NCBI GenBank assembly: GCA_963729895.1 | Contig: CAVSQB010000028.1 | Location: 160,001 to 224,000, forward strand | Direction of reading: 5' to 3' | DNA: 64,000 bases | Source: an uncultured Fibrobacterota bacterium | Lineage (GTDB): Bacteria > Fibrobacterota > Chitinivibrionia > Chitinivibrionales > FEN-1185 | Shown: piece after piece, positions 28,726 through 39,966 of the stretch | How the letters are laid out: each line of letters begins with the position of its first letter | Position numbering within the stretch: the stretch's first letter is position 1 | Translations under genes and position numbers: made by a program | The notes under the pieces: model-generated | What the model saw: only the letters and a program-made list of their open reading frames with translations | Databases searched by the model: none | What the model was told of the DNA's origin: nothing

Positions 28726-30719
28726 GCGGTATCGCATTTGTTCACCCCGCTTTCCTGTGGGGGCTGGCCGCGCTGGCGGTCCCGCTCCTTGTCCATTTTC
28801 TCAACCGCAGGCAGACTCGAAAACTGGACTTCTCCACGCTGCGCTTTTTCTCCGCTGCCGCGAAAAGGGCCAGCAGGATGCGGCGGCTCAGGCGGCTCCT
28901 TTTGCTGCTCGCTCGCATGGCGCTTATCTGCGTATGCGTGGCGATTTTTGCAAGGCCGTACGTCACGAGAGACCCCTTTTCGGCTCTGCGCAATCCCGAC
29001 TCGGCGATTTTCGCCTTTGTAGACCCAACCGTGAGCATGGACTATCGCGACAGGGGGGTGCCGCTGTGGCGCACGGCCTTCGATCTTCTTGACACACTCA
29101 ACAAATCGCTCCCTTCGGCGGCGCACCGGTTCATGTACAATGAGGCGCGCGCCGAATTCGTGCAGGAAAAGTCATTTACGCGGCCGTCGGGACCGTTTGT
29201 GAGGCACGGTGCGGCGCCGCTCGACAAGATGTTCGCTGCGCTCGCGGAAGCCGGCGGCAGCCGCGCAGGCATGTCCCTGCTTGTTATGGTGTCCGATTTT
29301 CAGGACAATATCAGCCGAATCCTCGACACGCAGCTTGTGAGATGCGGAAACATGCCCGCGCTGTGTGTAAGCGTGGCCCCGCATTCACCCTGGAATTGCG
29401 GTGTGCGCGACGCCGTGATGTCGGCCGGCGTTCGTTCGGTGGTGACCGTACAGGTGTCATGCGTCGGGAAGTCGCTCGACAACGCAGGCGTCACCGTGAC
29501 TGCGGGAGGCATGCGCGTCGGGCACGCTGAGGTAAGCGTGAAAGCCGGGGAGAGCTGCCGGGTGCCCGTGGCCATCACCTCCGACGTGCAGGACCCGCGC
29601 GGAACGGTTCTGCTCGATTGCGACGATCCCTTTCCCGACGACAACACATTCTATTTTGTTCGCGGAACTCAGCAGGCGCTGCGGGTGCTTGTGGTGGGAG
29701 AACCGGACGAAAGTTTCCCGGTGTCGGCCGCTTTTTCGTCGTTGGGCGCATCGCAATGGAGCCCTGTTGTGCGGCCGGTCCGCGCCGTAACATACAACGA
29801 CATCGATTCGGCAGCCCTTGTGGTGCTCTGTGGCGTGCGTCAACTGTCATCGCCCCTTGCCGCGCTGGTGCACGGACCGTCGCCGGAACGGAAGGCCATT
29901 CTGTTTTCCCCCGCAACCGACAGCGCGAGCGCCGGCCTCGCCGAAGCGCTGCTTCCGTCAGAAAGCCGGGCCCCGCTGGCAGTCGTGTCGGACCCCACGC
30001 CGCGCTTCATTGTTCTGCCGGACACGGTTTCGCCCCTGTTTAAAGGTTTCAGGCGCCTCAAGGACGCCGATGCCGCGGTGAACAGGTACTGCACCGGCCT
30101 CCCGGGCGGCGCGCTTATTTTCCTGGACAACGGCAAACCATTTGCGACCCATTTGATTGACGCATCGGGAAATTCGTGGGTGCTGCTTGCGGCATACATA
30201 GGCCGAGAACGGGAAAACGTCGCGGCCGCTCTCCCGCTGTTCACCACCGGGCTGTACGTGCCCCTTCTCGACAGGCTTGCCCGCTATGCATTGTCGGCAA
30301 TCCAGAAGGAACCGCAGGTGTGGGTGGCGGGCTTTCCCAGACCAAACCCGTATTTCGGCGCGGCGCGCGGGGCGCTCGTTTTCGACGCGGGCAACAGGAA
30401 TATTTCGCGATGGTCAAGCCAGCCGCTGGTGGCGTTCGATGCGCCCGGCTTGTACCGTATTCAGCCGGACGGGGAACCGTACTATTGGGTTGCCGCCGGC
30501 ATCGATTCATCCGAGACCGTCTTTGCGTACCGCGCCCCGCATGTTCCCGCGGCAATGGCGTCCAGGGTGAAATTTCTTCCGGCGGACCGGTTCGGGGCCT
30601 TTATCGCGGCGAGGCGGTCCGGGACCTTTTCCCCGTGGCTCTGGATTGCCTGCGCCCTTCTTCTGATCGCGGAAACGCTCCTCTGGGAGAAGAGGCAGGT
30701 GCCCGCGCAAACGGTCTGA
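28722..30719 (+). CDS. BatA N-terminal domain membrane protein
   Basis: F.HP.FLWGL..L.VPLLVHFLNRR...FST.RF; DPTVSM vWA-like motif; C-terminal TM. Confidence 0.85.
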   Translation: MSGIAFVHPAFLWGLAALAVPLLVHFLNRRQTRKLDFSTLRFFSAAAKRASRMRRLRRLLLLLARMALICVCVAIFARPYVTRDPFSALRNPDSAIFAFVDPTVSMDYRDRGVPLWRTAFDLLDTLNKSLPSAAHRFMYNEARAEFVQEKSFTRPSGPFVRHGAAPLDKMFAALAEAGGSRAGMSLLVMVSDFQDNISRILDTQLVRCGNMPALCVSVAPHSPWNCGVRDAVMSAGVRSVVTVQVSCVGKSLDNAGVTVTAGGMRVGHAEVSVKAGESCRVPVAITSDVQDPRGTVLLDCDDPFPDDNTFYFVRGTQQALRVLVVGEPDESFPVSAAFSSLGASQWSPVVRPVRAVTYNDIDSAALVVLCGVRQLSSPLAALVHGPSPERKAILFSPATDSASAGLAEALLPSESRAPLAVVSDPTPRFIVLPDTVSPLFKGFRRLKDADAAVNRYCTGLPGGALIFLDNGKPFATHLIDASGNSWVLLAAYIGRERENVAAALPLFTTGLYVPLLDRLARYALSAIQKEPQVWVAGFPRPNPYFGAARGALVFDAGNRNISRWSSQPLVAFDAPGLYRIQPDGEPYYWVAAGIDSSETVFAYRAPHVPAAMASRVKFLPADRFGAFIAARRSGTFSPWLWIACALLLIAETLLWEKRQVPAQTV

Positions 30720-30947
30720 TCCCCTTGTATTGCTCCATGGCGGTGCTCCCGCTGCACGGCGCAGCATCATGTATTTTTTGAGCGGGATTTCCGAATACTC
30801 AACTTCTTGCCGACCGGCAGCGCACTCCCCGCATCGCTTTTCAACGGCCCAACGGGCATAAGGGGAAATAAAAATTGACTAATACGAAGATCGATTGCGT
30901 CGGACACCCGTAAGGCATCTGAGGCAAACTTCGCAGGAAAAATTGTT

Positions 30948-33900
30948 ATGACACAGGAACCGCACCCCTACAAAGCCCTGCTTGCATCGCGCGAGCCTGT
31001 TATTTTCGACGGGGCAATGGGTACGCAGATCCCGGAATTCGGTGTGCAGCGGGACGATTTTCGCGGCCACGACGGGTGCAATGAGATCCTTGTTTTGTCG
31101 CGCCCGGACGTGATAACGGAAATCCACAAGCGGTACCTGCGAGCCGGCGCTAACGTGATCGAGACAAACACCTTCGGGGCCAACAGCGTGAAGTTAGGCG
31201 AGTATGGCCTTGCCGACGGCGTGCGGGAAATAAACACGACTGCGGCCCGGCTCGCGCGCGCCGCCGTGACCGAAGCATGCTGTTCGCACGCATGTCTCGT
31301 GTGCGGTACCATGGGGCCAACCGGATTTCTTTCATCGCCGGTCGGCGGCGGCCGAGGACGTTTGAGTTTCGACGAGCTTGCCGCGGTGTTCGGAAGTCAG
31401 GCCGGCGCGCTCGTGGACGGCGGCGCCGACATCCTCCTCCTCGAAACGATGCAGGACCTCCTCGAGGTTCGCGCGGCGGTGATCGGCATCCGGCGAATGC
31501 TTGACCAACGCTCTATTGTGGTCCCGCTCCAGGTGCATGTTACGGTAGACACCGCGGGACGCATGCTTCTTGGTTCAAACATCATGGCGTTTCTCGGCGC
31601 AGCCGCCAACCTGCCCGTCGACGTCCTGGGCCTCAATTGCTCCACCGGCCCGCATGAAATGAAGCCTTTTGTCCGCGAGCTTCTGCGGCTTTCGCCGTGT
31701 CCCGTGTCGATGATGCCCAACGCGGGCATGCCTGAGAACGCGAGCGGCGTTGCCGTATACAAGATGGATCCACGCGAATTCGCGGACATCATGGTGCCCC
31801 TGGTGCTTGAGGACGGCCTTGCGGTGCTGGGCGGCTGCTGCGGCACGACCCCGGAGCATATTCGCGTGTTGCGCGCTGCGTGCGAAGGAAAACGCGTCGC
31901 GGCACGCAGCGTGTCGAAGAAGACCTATGTGTCGACCTGCATTTCCGGGAGAGAGCTCGAAGCGGAGGCAAAGCCGCTTGTCATAGGCGAGCGGCTCAAC
32001 GCCCAGGGATCAAAAAGGACCAAGGAACTGGTGCTTGCAAAGAACTTCGACGAGTTGTACCAGATGGCGCGGGAGCAGGAGCAAAAGGGATGCGGCCTTA
32101 TTGACCTATGCGTTGCCGTGAGCGAGCGCGACGACGAACGGGAGACCATGGCGTCGCTCGTTTCGTTCTTATGCGAGCGGGTGGCGGTGCCGCTCTGTAT
32201 CGATTCCACCGAGCCCGCCGTGATTCGCGCTGCACTCGAAGCATGCCCGGGATCGGCGCTTATCAATTCCATCAACCTGGAGCACGGCGGGGAAAAAGCC
32301 CGCGCCATACTCGCGCTCGCCAGGGAGTTCGGGTGCCCGGTGATCGCGCTCACCATCGACGACGAGGGGATGGCGCATTCGGTGGCACAGAAGATCGACA
32401 TCGCCCGGCGCATCCGCGACCTCGCCTGCGGCAAGTTCCTGCTTCCCGAGCACTTCGTGTACGTCGACCCGCTCACCTTCACGCTTGCAACAGGCGACGC
32501 ACAAAGCGCCGACGCGGCAAAGAACAGCATCGAAGCATTGTCGCGGATCAAGGAGGAGATGCCCGGCCTGCGCACCGTGATGGGGGTGAGCAACGTGTCG
32601 TTCGGGCTTGCGCCCGCGTCGCGCCGAGTGCTCAACAACGTCATGCTGCACCATGCGGCCCGGGCAGGGCTCGATGCCGCGATTTTCAACCCGCTGCACC
32701 TGGACAAAATAGAGACATACGACCCGGCCGTTCTCGGTCTGGCCGAAGACCTGCTCTTCAACCGAAGGCCCGCCGCGCTTTCCGATTTCATCGGCGCTTT
32801 CCGCAGCGCTGCACCGGCCGCAGTTGTTTCGGCGGCGCCGGCGCACGACCTTTCTCCGGAGCAAGAGCTTCGCGACAAAATACTCAATCGCGACCGGCGG
32901 GACCTTGCGCCGTGTATCCGCACGCTCCTTGCTTCGCGCGCACCGCAGGAGATCCTCAACGGCATCCTGCTTCCGGCAATGGCCGAGGTAGGCGCGAAAA
33001 TGGACAGGGGAGAAATGATCCTGCCCTTCGTGCTTCAGGCGGCCGAAGTGATGAAGGAGGCGCTTTCCATACTGGAACCCCTGCTTTCCGCGCAGAAGGC
33101 CGAAAGCCGGGGGAAAATCGTGCTGGCCACCGTGTACGGCGACGTGCACGACATCGGCAAGAACCTGGTTGCGTCTATTCTTAAGAATCAAGGTTACGAG
33201 GTCGTTGATCTCGGCAAGCAGGTACCGCTCGATGCAATCGTCGGAGCGGTTATCCGCGAGAGGCCCGACGCGCTGGGACTTTCGGCGCTTCTGGTGACCA
33301 CCAGCCGTGAAATGGGACGGTGCGTTGCCGAGCTCGACGGGGCGGGCGTCAGTGTGCCGCTCCTCATCGGTGGCGCAGCTGTCAACAGGGACTTTGCCGA
33401 CCGCATTTCCGTGCTTGGAGACGGACGCAGGTATGGCGGCGGCGTATACTACGCGAAAGACGCGTTTGAAGCCGCAAAGGTTCTCGACGAAGTCAAGAAA
33501 CGTACCCCGGGCTGGCAACCGGAAAAGCCCGGGCCCCGGGTCGGCCGCGCGACTGTTGACGCTGCTCCCGCCGTCCCTCAACCGCTTGACCATCTGCAAA
33601 CGGTCCATCCGCAGTTTTTCGGCACAAGCCAGGTGCTTCGTTGGGAAACGCCGTCTCTTTTGTCGTCGGTTGACAAACAACGCCTGTTCAAAGGATACTT
33701 CGGCGGAGGCAACCTCGGAAAAGAAGCCTTTGCCGAAACTGAGGCACGGGACTTTCTTCCCGCATTTGAACGGTTGAAACGGGACATTGTTGAAAAGAAC
33801 CTTCTGAGCGCCGCCGGATTGTACGGCATTTTCCCGGTGTTCACCGACGACGCGAAGCTGTTCATCCTGGACCCGGGGGATTTTCATACGCAGCTCGCGG

Positions 33901-34337
33901 AATTCGGCTTCCCCAGAATGGAGCGCGCGAAGAACCGTTCGCTGGCCGACTATTTCAACCCGGACGGAGACGTGATCGCCGTGCAGGTGGTTACCATCGG
34001 TCCCGCGATAGACGACGAGTGCCGAAGGTACCTGGGCGTTGAGAACAAGTACAGCCTGGGATTTTACCTGAACGCAATTGCCAATTACGTCACGGAGCAG
34101 CTTGCAAACAAGGTGACCGCCGAGATCCGCCGGGCCTGTTTTCTCGGGCCGGACCGCGGCCGCCGCTATTCCTTTGGGTATCCCGGGCTTCCGGGCGTGG
34201 AAGAGCAGGCGAAGCTGTTCGAAATCCTCGGCGTGGAAGAGCGGCTGGGCGTTTTGCTTACGGCCGGGTCCCAGATGGTGCCCGAGCATTCGACAATGGG
34301 GATCTTTGTTCATCATCCGGAGGCCAAATACCTTTAA
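30948..34337 (+). CDS. metH: Cobalamin-dependent methionine synthase
   Basis: DGAMGT, GLNCSTGP, GGCCGT, IGERLN pterin domain, GDVHDIGKN B12 motif, RYSFGYP activation domain. Confidence 0.95.
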   Translation: MTQEPHPYKALLASREPVIFDGAMGTQIPEFGVQRDDFRGHDGCNEILVLSRPDVITEIHKRYLRAGANVIETNTFGANSVKLGEYGLADGVREINTTAARLARAAVTEACCSHACLVCGTMGPTGFLSSPVGGGRGRLSFDELAAVFGSQAGALVDGGADILLLETMQDLLEVRAAVIGIRRMLDQRSIVVPLQVHVTVDTAGRMLLGSNIMAFLGAAANLPVDVLGLNCSTGPHEMKPFVRELLRLSPCPVSMMPNAGMPENASGVAVYKMDPREFADIMVPLVLEDGLAVLGGCCGTTPEHIRVLRAACEGKRVAARSVSKKTYVSTCISGRELEAEAKPLVIGERLNAQGSKRTKELVLAKNFDELYQMAREQEQKGCGLIDLCVAVSERDDERETMASLVSFLCERVAVPLCIDSTEPAVIRAALEACPGSALINSINLEHGGEKARAILALAREFGCPVIALTIDDEGMAHSVAQKIDIARRIRDLACGKFLLPEHFVYVDPLTFTLATGDAQSADAAKNSIEALSRIKEEMPGLRTVMGVSNVSFGLAPASRRVLNNVMLHHAARAGLDAAIFNPLHLDKIETYDPAVLGLAEDLLFNRRPAALSDFIGAFRSAAPAAVVSAAPAHDLSPEQELRDKILNRDRRDLAPCIRTLLASRAPQEILNGILLPAMAEVGAKMDRGEMILPFVLQAAEVMKEALSILEPLLSAQKAESRGKIVLATVYGDVHDIGKNLVASILKNQGYEVVDLGKQVPLDAIVGAVIRERPDALGLSALLVTTSREMGRCVAELDGAGVSVPLLIGGAAVNRDFADRISVLGDGRRYGGGVYYAKDAFEAAKVLDEVKKRTPGWQPEKPGPRVGRATVDAAPAVPQPLDHLQTVHPQFFGTSQVLRWETPSLLSSVDKQRLFKGYFGGGNLGKEAFAETEARDFLPAFERLKRDIVEKNLLSAAGLYGIFPVFTDDAKLFILDPGDFHTQLAEFGFPRMERAKNRSLADYFNPDGDVIAVQVVTIGPAIDDECRRYLGVENKYSLGFYLNAIANYVTEQLANKVTAEIRRACFLGPDRGRRYSFGYPGLPGVEEQAKLFEILGVEERLGVLLTAGSQMVPEHSTMGIFVHHPEAKYL

Positions 34338-34417
34338 GTAATGATTGCAGATTGACGATTGTAAATTGAAGAGCGCAGCCTGCGCCAAAATTATTTTGTA
34401 ACCGGGACCAGACGGCA

Positions 34418-34735
34418 ATGAATTCCAAAAAGCCCAAAGCGGCACACACGACAAAACGAGGAACAGGCCAACCCGTGTTTGGCGCGGATGTCGACGAGGT
34501 TTTGGCAAAAAAGGTCACCGACCATGCCAAGGGCGGAGGCGCAAACGGCGAGGCCTTGAACCGGTCTTCCTCCGCATTGAGGGACAAACCGGCCCCAACG
34601 GGGTCCGCGTTCACCTATCGCACGCCTGAACAAAAGCGCATGAGGAAGACCGCGGGATACGGCATTGCCGCGCTCGTGTGCCTGGTTCTTCTCGGCGCGA
34701 TCACGGTGGTGTGGTCCAAATTCCGCGACGATTGA
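34418..34735 (+). CDS. Small hypothetical protein with C-terminal membrane anchor
   Basis: Fills the gap between metH and the phosphoesterase; single hydrophobic segment. Confidence 0.55.
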   Translation: MNSKKPKAAHTTKRGTGQPVFGADVDEVLAKKVTDHAKGGGANGEALNRSSSALRDKPAPTGSAFTYRTPEQKRMRKTAGYGIAALVCLVLLGAITVVWSKFRDD

Positions 34736-34766
34736 CGCGCCCCCGGCCTTCGACTGGCAGCCCTCC

Positions 34767-35426
34767 ATGAAGCTTGTTGCCCTTGCTGATATCCACGGAG
34801 CCACGTCCTCCCTCAAGTCAATTGCCGGCGACCTTGAAGCGGCCGATGCCGTGATACTCGCCGGCGATATCACCAACTTCCGCGGCAAAAACGGGCTGCT
34901 CACCGTGCTTGACGAAGTCAGGAAATATGCCGGCCTAGTGTACGGCGTCTGCGGCAACTGCGATCTGCCGGAAGCGAGCGCCGCCCTTGCGGAAGTGGAG
35001 TGCGGCATCGACAGGAAGGCGGCGGATATCCGGGGTATCGCGATTGCAGGCGTCGGCGGGTCGTTGCCGTGCCCGGAGACGACACCGAACGAGTTCAGCG
35101 AAGCAGAATACAAACGATTCCTGGAACAGGAACCGTTTGCCTCGCTCGCACCGGGTTCGTTCATTTTTGTCACGCACGAACCGCCCTTCAACACCGTCGT
35201 GGACAAGGCCCGGATTGGGAAGCATGTCGGGAGCAGGGAGATCGGGGGTTTTATCGAACGCGCCCGGCCGATAGTGTGCATCACCGGGCATATTCACGAG
35301 GCACGCGGTGTTGACAAAATAGGAGATACGAGAATTGTAAATCCCGGCCCGTTCAAGAATGGAAATTATGGCGTAATTGAGGTGGACGGGCTGCAGGTGA
35401 AGGAGATAGAGTTGAAGAGCGTGTGA
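34767..35426 (+). CDS. Calcineurin-like metallophosphoesterase
   Basis: DIHG, GD, GNCD, THEPP, GHIHE. Confidence 0.9.
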   Translation: MKLVALADIHGATSSLKSIAGDLEAADAVILAGDITNFRGKNGLLTVLDEVRKYAGLVYGVCGNCDLPEASAALAEVECGIDRKAADIRGIAIAGVGGSLPCPETTPNEFSEAEYKRFLEQEPFASLAPGSFIFVTHEPPFNTVVDKARIGKHVGSREIGGFIERARPIVCITGHIHEARGVDKIGDTRIVNPGPFKNGNYGVIEVDGLQVKEIELKSV

Positions 35427-35472
35427 AGCCTTCGGTTGCACCGGAACGTCAAACAGACATGGACTCACGGAA

Positions 35473-36054
35473 TCAAGAGGGACATCTGAAGCATCCTTTC
35501 ATATGATCGTTTACCATCCCCACCGCCTGCATGTGCGAATAACAGATGACCGATCCGACAAACGTGAACCCGCGTTTTTTCAAGTCCGCGCTCATCGCAT
35601 CGGAGAGTGCGGTCCTTGCAGGAATGTCTTTCCATGATGCGCGGGGTTTCCTGGGGAGGACAGTTTTATTGTCTGTAACCCGCCACATATAGCGGGAAAA
35701 CGTGCCGAATTCCTTGCGGACCTCGATGAACCGCTTCGCGTTATTGATGGCGGATGCGATCTTGAGCCTGTTGCGGATAATCCCCGCGTCGGACATGAGC
35801 CGAGTCACGTCGCGGGACGAATAATGTGAGATCGCTTCCCAGTCCCAGTTGTCAAACGCTCTCCGAAACGCGCTGCGGCGCTTTAGTATCGTGAGCCAGC
35901 TGAGCCCTGCCTGAAAGCCTTCGAGGGTCAACATCTCAAACAGCTTTCTGTCGTTGCGGACCGGGAAGCCCCATTCGTTGTCATGATAGTCGCAATACAC
36001 CGGGTCTGTGCCCGCCCAGGAACATCTGGCTATCCGACTGCTTGCTTCACTCAT
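35473..36054 (-). CDS. tag: DNA-3-methyladenine glycosylase I
   Basis: RC.W, YHDNEWG, LEGFQAGLSW, IIRNRLKI, GMVNDH..C. Confidence 0.95.
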   Translation of the reverse strand: MSEASSRIARCSWAGTDPVYCDYHDNEWGFPVRNDRKLFEMLTLEGFQAGLSWLTILKRRSAFRRAFDNWDWEAISHYSSRDVTRLMSDAGIIRNRLKIASAINNAKRFIEVRKEFGTFSRYMWRVTDNKTVLPRKPRASWKDIPARTALSDAMSADLKKRGFTFVGSVICYSHMQAVGMVNDHMKGCFRCPS

Positions 36055-36109
36055 ACGGGTGCACCTGCTGCAAGAACCCGGCACGGCCGATTCTCCCCCG
36101 GTGTTCGTA

Positions 36110-38491
36110 TCAATCCGTTTTTGGGTTGCTCCACTTCCAGTTCCTGATCTCGGGCATGTCTTCGCCGTATGTGCCGATGTATTGTTTGTGCTCGATCAGT
36201 TTGTATTTGAGCTGTTGCTTGAGATACACGCCCTTGTCGCCCGTCTGCGGCAGGCGGTTGATGGCATCCATCACGAGATGGAAACGGTCCAGATCGTTGA
36301 GCACCGTCATGTCGAAGGGCGTGGTGATGGTGCCTTCTTCCTTGTACCCGCGGACGTGGATGTTGTCGTGGTTGGTGCGGCGGTAGGTGAGCCGGTGAAT
36401 CAGCCACGGATAGCCGTGGAAGGCGAAGATGACCGGCTTGTCCCTTGTGAAGATCTGGTCGAAATCAAGGTCGCTCAGACCGTGCGGGTGCTCGGTTTGC
36501 GGCTCCAGCTTCATGAGATCCACCACGTTGACAACACGGATTTTGAGGCCGGGCAGGTGTTCGCGCATGATGGAAACCGCAGCGAGCGTCTCCAGGGTGG
36601 GCACGTCGCCGCAGCAGGCCATCACCACGTCGGGAGCAACGTCCTGGTCGTTGCTGGCCCACTGCCAGATGCCGATGCCCTCGGTGCAGTGCTTGACTGC
36701 TGCGTCCATGGTAAGCCATTGCGGGGCCGGGTGCTTGCCCGCGATCACGACGTTGACGTAATGGCGGCTGCGCAGGCAGTGGTCCATCACCGACAAAAGG
36801 CAGTTTGCGTCCGGCGGAAGGTACACGCGCACGATCTCGGATTTCTTGTTGACAACATGGTCGATGAACCCGGGATCCTGATGGGTGAAGCCGTTGTGGT
36901 CCTGGCGCCAGACGTGCGAGGCAAGCAGGTAGTTCAGAGAAGCGATCTTCCGCCGCCACGGCAGGCCCGACGTGACTTTCAGCCACTTGGCATGCTGGTT
37001 GAACATCGAATCCACGATGTGGATGAACGCCTCGTAGCAATTGAAAAGCCCGTGCCTCCCCGTGAGCAGGTACCCCTCGATCCATCCCTCGCATTGGTGC
37101 TCGCTCAGCATCTCCATCACGCGGCCGTCGGGGGCGAGAAGATCGTCGTTTGCTGCGGTCGCGGCGTTCCATTGCCGTTTGGTAACTTCGAATGCCGCCT
37201 CAAGTCCGTTACTGAGCGTCTCGTCCGGGCCAAAGATCCTGAAATTTCGCTCTTCGACGTTGAGAGAAATCACGTCGCGCAGGAAGCACCCCAGCACATG
37301 CGTGTCGCCGATGCCGCGCACCCCGGGAGACGGCACGTCTGCCGCATAGTCGCGGAAATCAGGCATCCGCAGGTCGCGCAGCAGCATCCCGCCGTTGGCG
37401 TGAGGATTGGCGCCCATGCGCCGATCGCCTTTGGGCGCCAGATCGGCCAGTTCCGGTTTCAGCCGGCCCTGATCGTCGAAAAGTTCTTCCGGCCCATAGC
37501 TTCGCAACCAGTTCTCCAGTTGCTTGAGGTGCTCGGGGTGCGCCGCCGGGTCGGAGAGCGGCACCTGGTGCGACCGGAAGGTGCCTTCAACCTGCAGGCC
37601 GTCAACCGTTTTGGGTCCCGTCCAGCCCTTAGGTGAATTGAGCACGATCATGGGCCAGCGCGGCCGGGCCGGGTTGCCGTGTGCGCGGGCGTCAAGCTGG
37701 ATTTTTTTGATCTGCTCCACCGCGGCGTCAAGTGCTGCGGCCATGGCCTGGTGCATCGGCGCGGGCTCGTGACCTTCGACAAAGTAGGGCGTCCATCCGT
37801 AGCCCCGGAACAGCTGTTCCAATTCCTCATGTTCGATGCGGGCAAGAACAGTCGGATTGGAAATCTTGAATCCGTTGAGATGCAGGATGGGCAGCACGGC
37901 CCCGTCGGTGACCGGATTGAGAAACTTGTTGGAGTGCCATGCCGTGGCCAGGGGCCCCGTTTCCGCTTCGCCGTCGCCGACGACGCAGGCGACGACAAGT
38001 TCCTTATTGTCAAATACCGCGCCGAAGGCATGGGATAGCGAATAGCCGAGTTCGCCGCCCTCGTGAATGGACCCCGGGCACTCCGGCGAGGCATGGCTGG
38101 GAATTCCTCCGGGAAACGAAAACTGTACAAAGAGCTTCCGGAGGCCGGCCTCATCCCGGCTGACGGCGGGATAGATTTCGCTGTAGGTGCCCTCGAGGTA
38201 GGTATTCGCCACCACGGCCGGGCCGCCGTGGCCCGGACCGGAAACGTAGATCATGTCGAGGTCGTATTTCTTGATGACCCTGTTCAGGTGCGCATACATG
38301 AAATTCTGCCCAGGGGTGGTGCCCCAATGTCCCAGAAGCATTCGCTTCACATCCGCGAGCGCCAGCGGCCGCTTGAGCAGCGGATTGTCGTGCAGGTAAA
38401 TCTGGCCGACCGACAGATAATTCGCGGCGCGCCAATAAGCGTCCAACTTCTGCAACAGATCCGGCGACAAAGGTCCGTGTGCCGTGTTCAT
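36110..38491 (-). CDS. xfp: Xylulose-5P/fructose-6P phosphoketolase
   Basis: [27 protein letters not shown] motif, [19 protein letters not shown]. Confidence 0.97.
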   Translation of the reverse strand: MNTAHGPLSPDLLQKLDAYWRAANYLSVGQIYLHDNPLLKRPLALADVKRMLLGHWGTTPGQNFMYAHLNRVIKKYDLDMIYVSGPGHGGPAVVANTYLEGTYSEIYPAVSRDEAGLRKLFVQFSFPGGIPSHASPECPGSIHEGGELGYSLSHAFGAVFDNKELVVACVVGDGEAETGPLATAWHSNKFLNPVTDGAVLPILHLNGFKISNPTVLARIEHEELEQLFRGYGWTPYFVEGHEPAPMHQAMAAALDAAVEQIKKIQLDARAHGNPARPRWPMIVLNSPKGWTGPKTVDGLQVEGTFRSHQVPLSDPAAHPEHLKQLENWLRSYGPEELFDDQGRLKPELADLAPKGDRRMGANPHANGGMLLRDLRMPDFRDYAADVPSPGVRGIGDTHVLGCFLRDVISLNVEERNFRIFGPDETLSNGLEAAFEVTKRQWNAATAANDDLLAPDGRVMEMLSEHQCEGWIEGYLLTGRHGLFNCYEAFIHIVDSMFNQHAKWLKVTSGLPWRRKIASLNYLLASHVWRQDHNGFTHQDPGFIDHVVNKKSEIVRVYLPPDANCLLSVMDHCLRSRHYVNVVIAGKHPAPQWLTMDAAVKHCTEGIGIWQWASNDQDVAPDVVMACCGDVPTLETLAAVSIMREHLPGLKIRVVNVVDLMKLEPQTEHPHGLSDLDFDQIFTRDKPVIFAFHGYPWLIHRLTYRRTNHDNIHVRGYKEEGTITTPFDMTVLNDLDRFHLVMDAINRLPQTGDKGVYLKQQLKYKLIEHKQYIGTYGEDMPEIRNWKWSNPKTD

Positions 38492-38709
38492 ACTGTCCCT
38501 TCCTGTGCCGGGGCGTTTCGCATCAGGCCCCTGTTCAACTCGCTTCAGAACGCATTTTTGTGCAGAGGTGAGGCAAGCAGCGCCTCCCGTGCACCATTTT
38601 GCACCGTACAATATAATGGCCGCGCACGAGATCCCTCAACTAAGACAGGCTACCCAACCACGCAACAAAGGCGGTGCGCCTCCGCGTTTGCAATGCCGCA
38701 CGAAGCTCG

Positions 38710-39588
38710 TTACGTGGCACTGCGTGCCGGCTGCGCTATTCCGGCCAGGTCGCCGATGACGTTGACAAGCTGTTGATTTGCGGGGACGATGATCTTCGCG
38801 TTGTTCTGGAGCGCGAACTGGGCCGTTTCGAGCCGTTTTAACAATTGAGAATTTCCGACAAAATATTTATCGGCTGCTTCGTTAACCAGCCGGATCGCTT
38901 CGGCCTCACCCTCGGCTGAAAGAATCCGGGCCTGCCGCACCCCTTCCGCCTTCTTTATCTCGGCCCGTTTGATGCCGTCCGCCGTTGTCTCGGCGGCAGT
39001 GGCAAAGTCCACGGCGGCGATCTTTTCGTTCTCGGCCTTGACTATCTTGTTCATGGTGTCCTGAACATCCTTGGGAGGATCGATTTCCTTGAGTTCGGCC
39101 CGCACAATATCGATGCCCCAGTGCGTGGTTTCCTTGATGAGGATCTCGTGCAGGTCCCTGTTGATCCTGCCCCGCTCGCTGTTTGCGGATTTGAGCGACA
39201 TGGTGCCGATGATGTTTCTAAGCGTGCTCCGGGATAGATTCACTATCTGGTAACTGACGTTATTGACATTGTACTGCGAATTCTTGACGTTTTCCTCATC
39301 GGCTTTCACTTTGTAGTATATCTGTGCGTCAACCATGGCGTTGAGGTTGTCGTTGGTGATGATCTCCTGAGGATCGGCATTCACCAGCTGTTCCGTCACG
39401 TTCACCTGAAACATTTTGTCGACAATAGGAATAAGCCAGTGAAAACCCGGATCGGCGAAATGATGGTATTTCCCCAGCCGCTCCACAAGGCCTCTGCGGG
39501 TGGGCCTGACGATCTTGATGCCCGTGAGAAAAAGAAAAACAACAATGCATCCTACCATCCAGATCCAGACCGGTGCATGACCTTGCAT
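38710..39588 (-). CDS. SPFH/Band 7 (QmcA-like) membrane protein
   Basis: N-terminal TM, VERLGKY...PGFH, QEIIT.DN, AE..K.A, AEGEAEA. Confidence 0.9.
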   Translation of the reverse strand: MQGHAPVWIWMVGCIVVFLFLTGIKIVRPTRRGLVERLGKYHHFADPGFHWLIPIVDKMFQVNVTEQLVNADPQEIITNDNLNAMVDAQIYYKVKADEENVKNSQYNVNNVSYQIVNLSRSTLRNIIGTMSLKSANSERGRINRDLHEILIKETTHWGIDIVRAELKEIDPPKDVQDTMNKIVKAENEKIAAVDFATAAETTADGIKRAEIKKAEGVRQARILSAEGEAEAIRLVNEAADKYFVGNSQLLKRLETAQFALQNNAKIIVPANQQLVNVIGDLAGIAQPARSAT

Positions 39589-39966
39589 GATATTCCTCCT
39601 GCGGTAAAAGGTGTATGCGGTCTCCCTTTTGCAACCCCGTCGAATTTTCAAACAAATCGGGCATATCAAAAGGTGGGCCCAAGCAACTGAATATCGGTTT
39701 TCACAAGCGGATTTCCAAACGCATTCTGTTCGGCGGCATTTGCCGGCATGGAACTTGGGGCCGATCTGCAAATAGCGATGCGGCTGCAACAGGTTGCAAG
39801 AACCGCGGACAAGGTGCGGCGGAATCCACGGACACGCTCTTAGTGTCTTGCGTATCGGCCCCATGTTTTATTTTACCCACTATCGAAACAGACAGGCCAC
39901 GCCGTGACACAAAGTAGAATGGCGCCGTTGACAGAACGAACGCGGCAATCCATTCGTGAGAAAACC

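Noticed and set aside
30720..30947. SAM or cobalamin riboswitch upstream of metH
   Set aside because: I could not find S-box or B12-box consensus elements by eye; an Rfam scan would settle it
34343..34370. Four tandem heptamers GATTGCA/GATTGAC/GATTGTA/AATTGAA after metH
   Set aside because: Short and degenerate, with no partner copy found in the window
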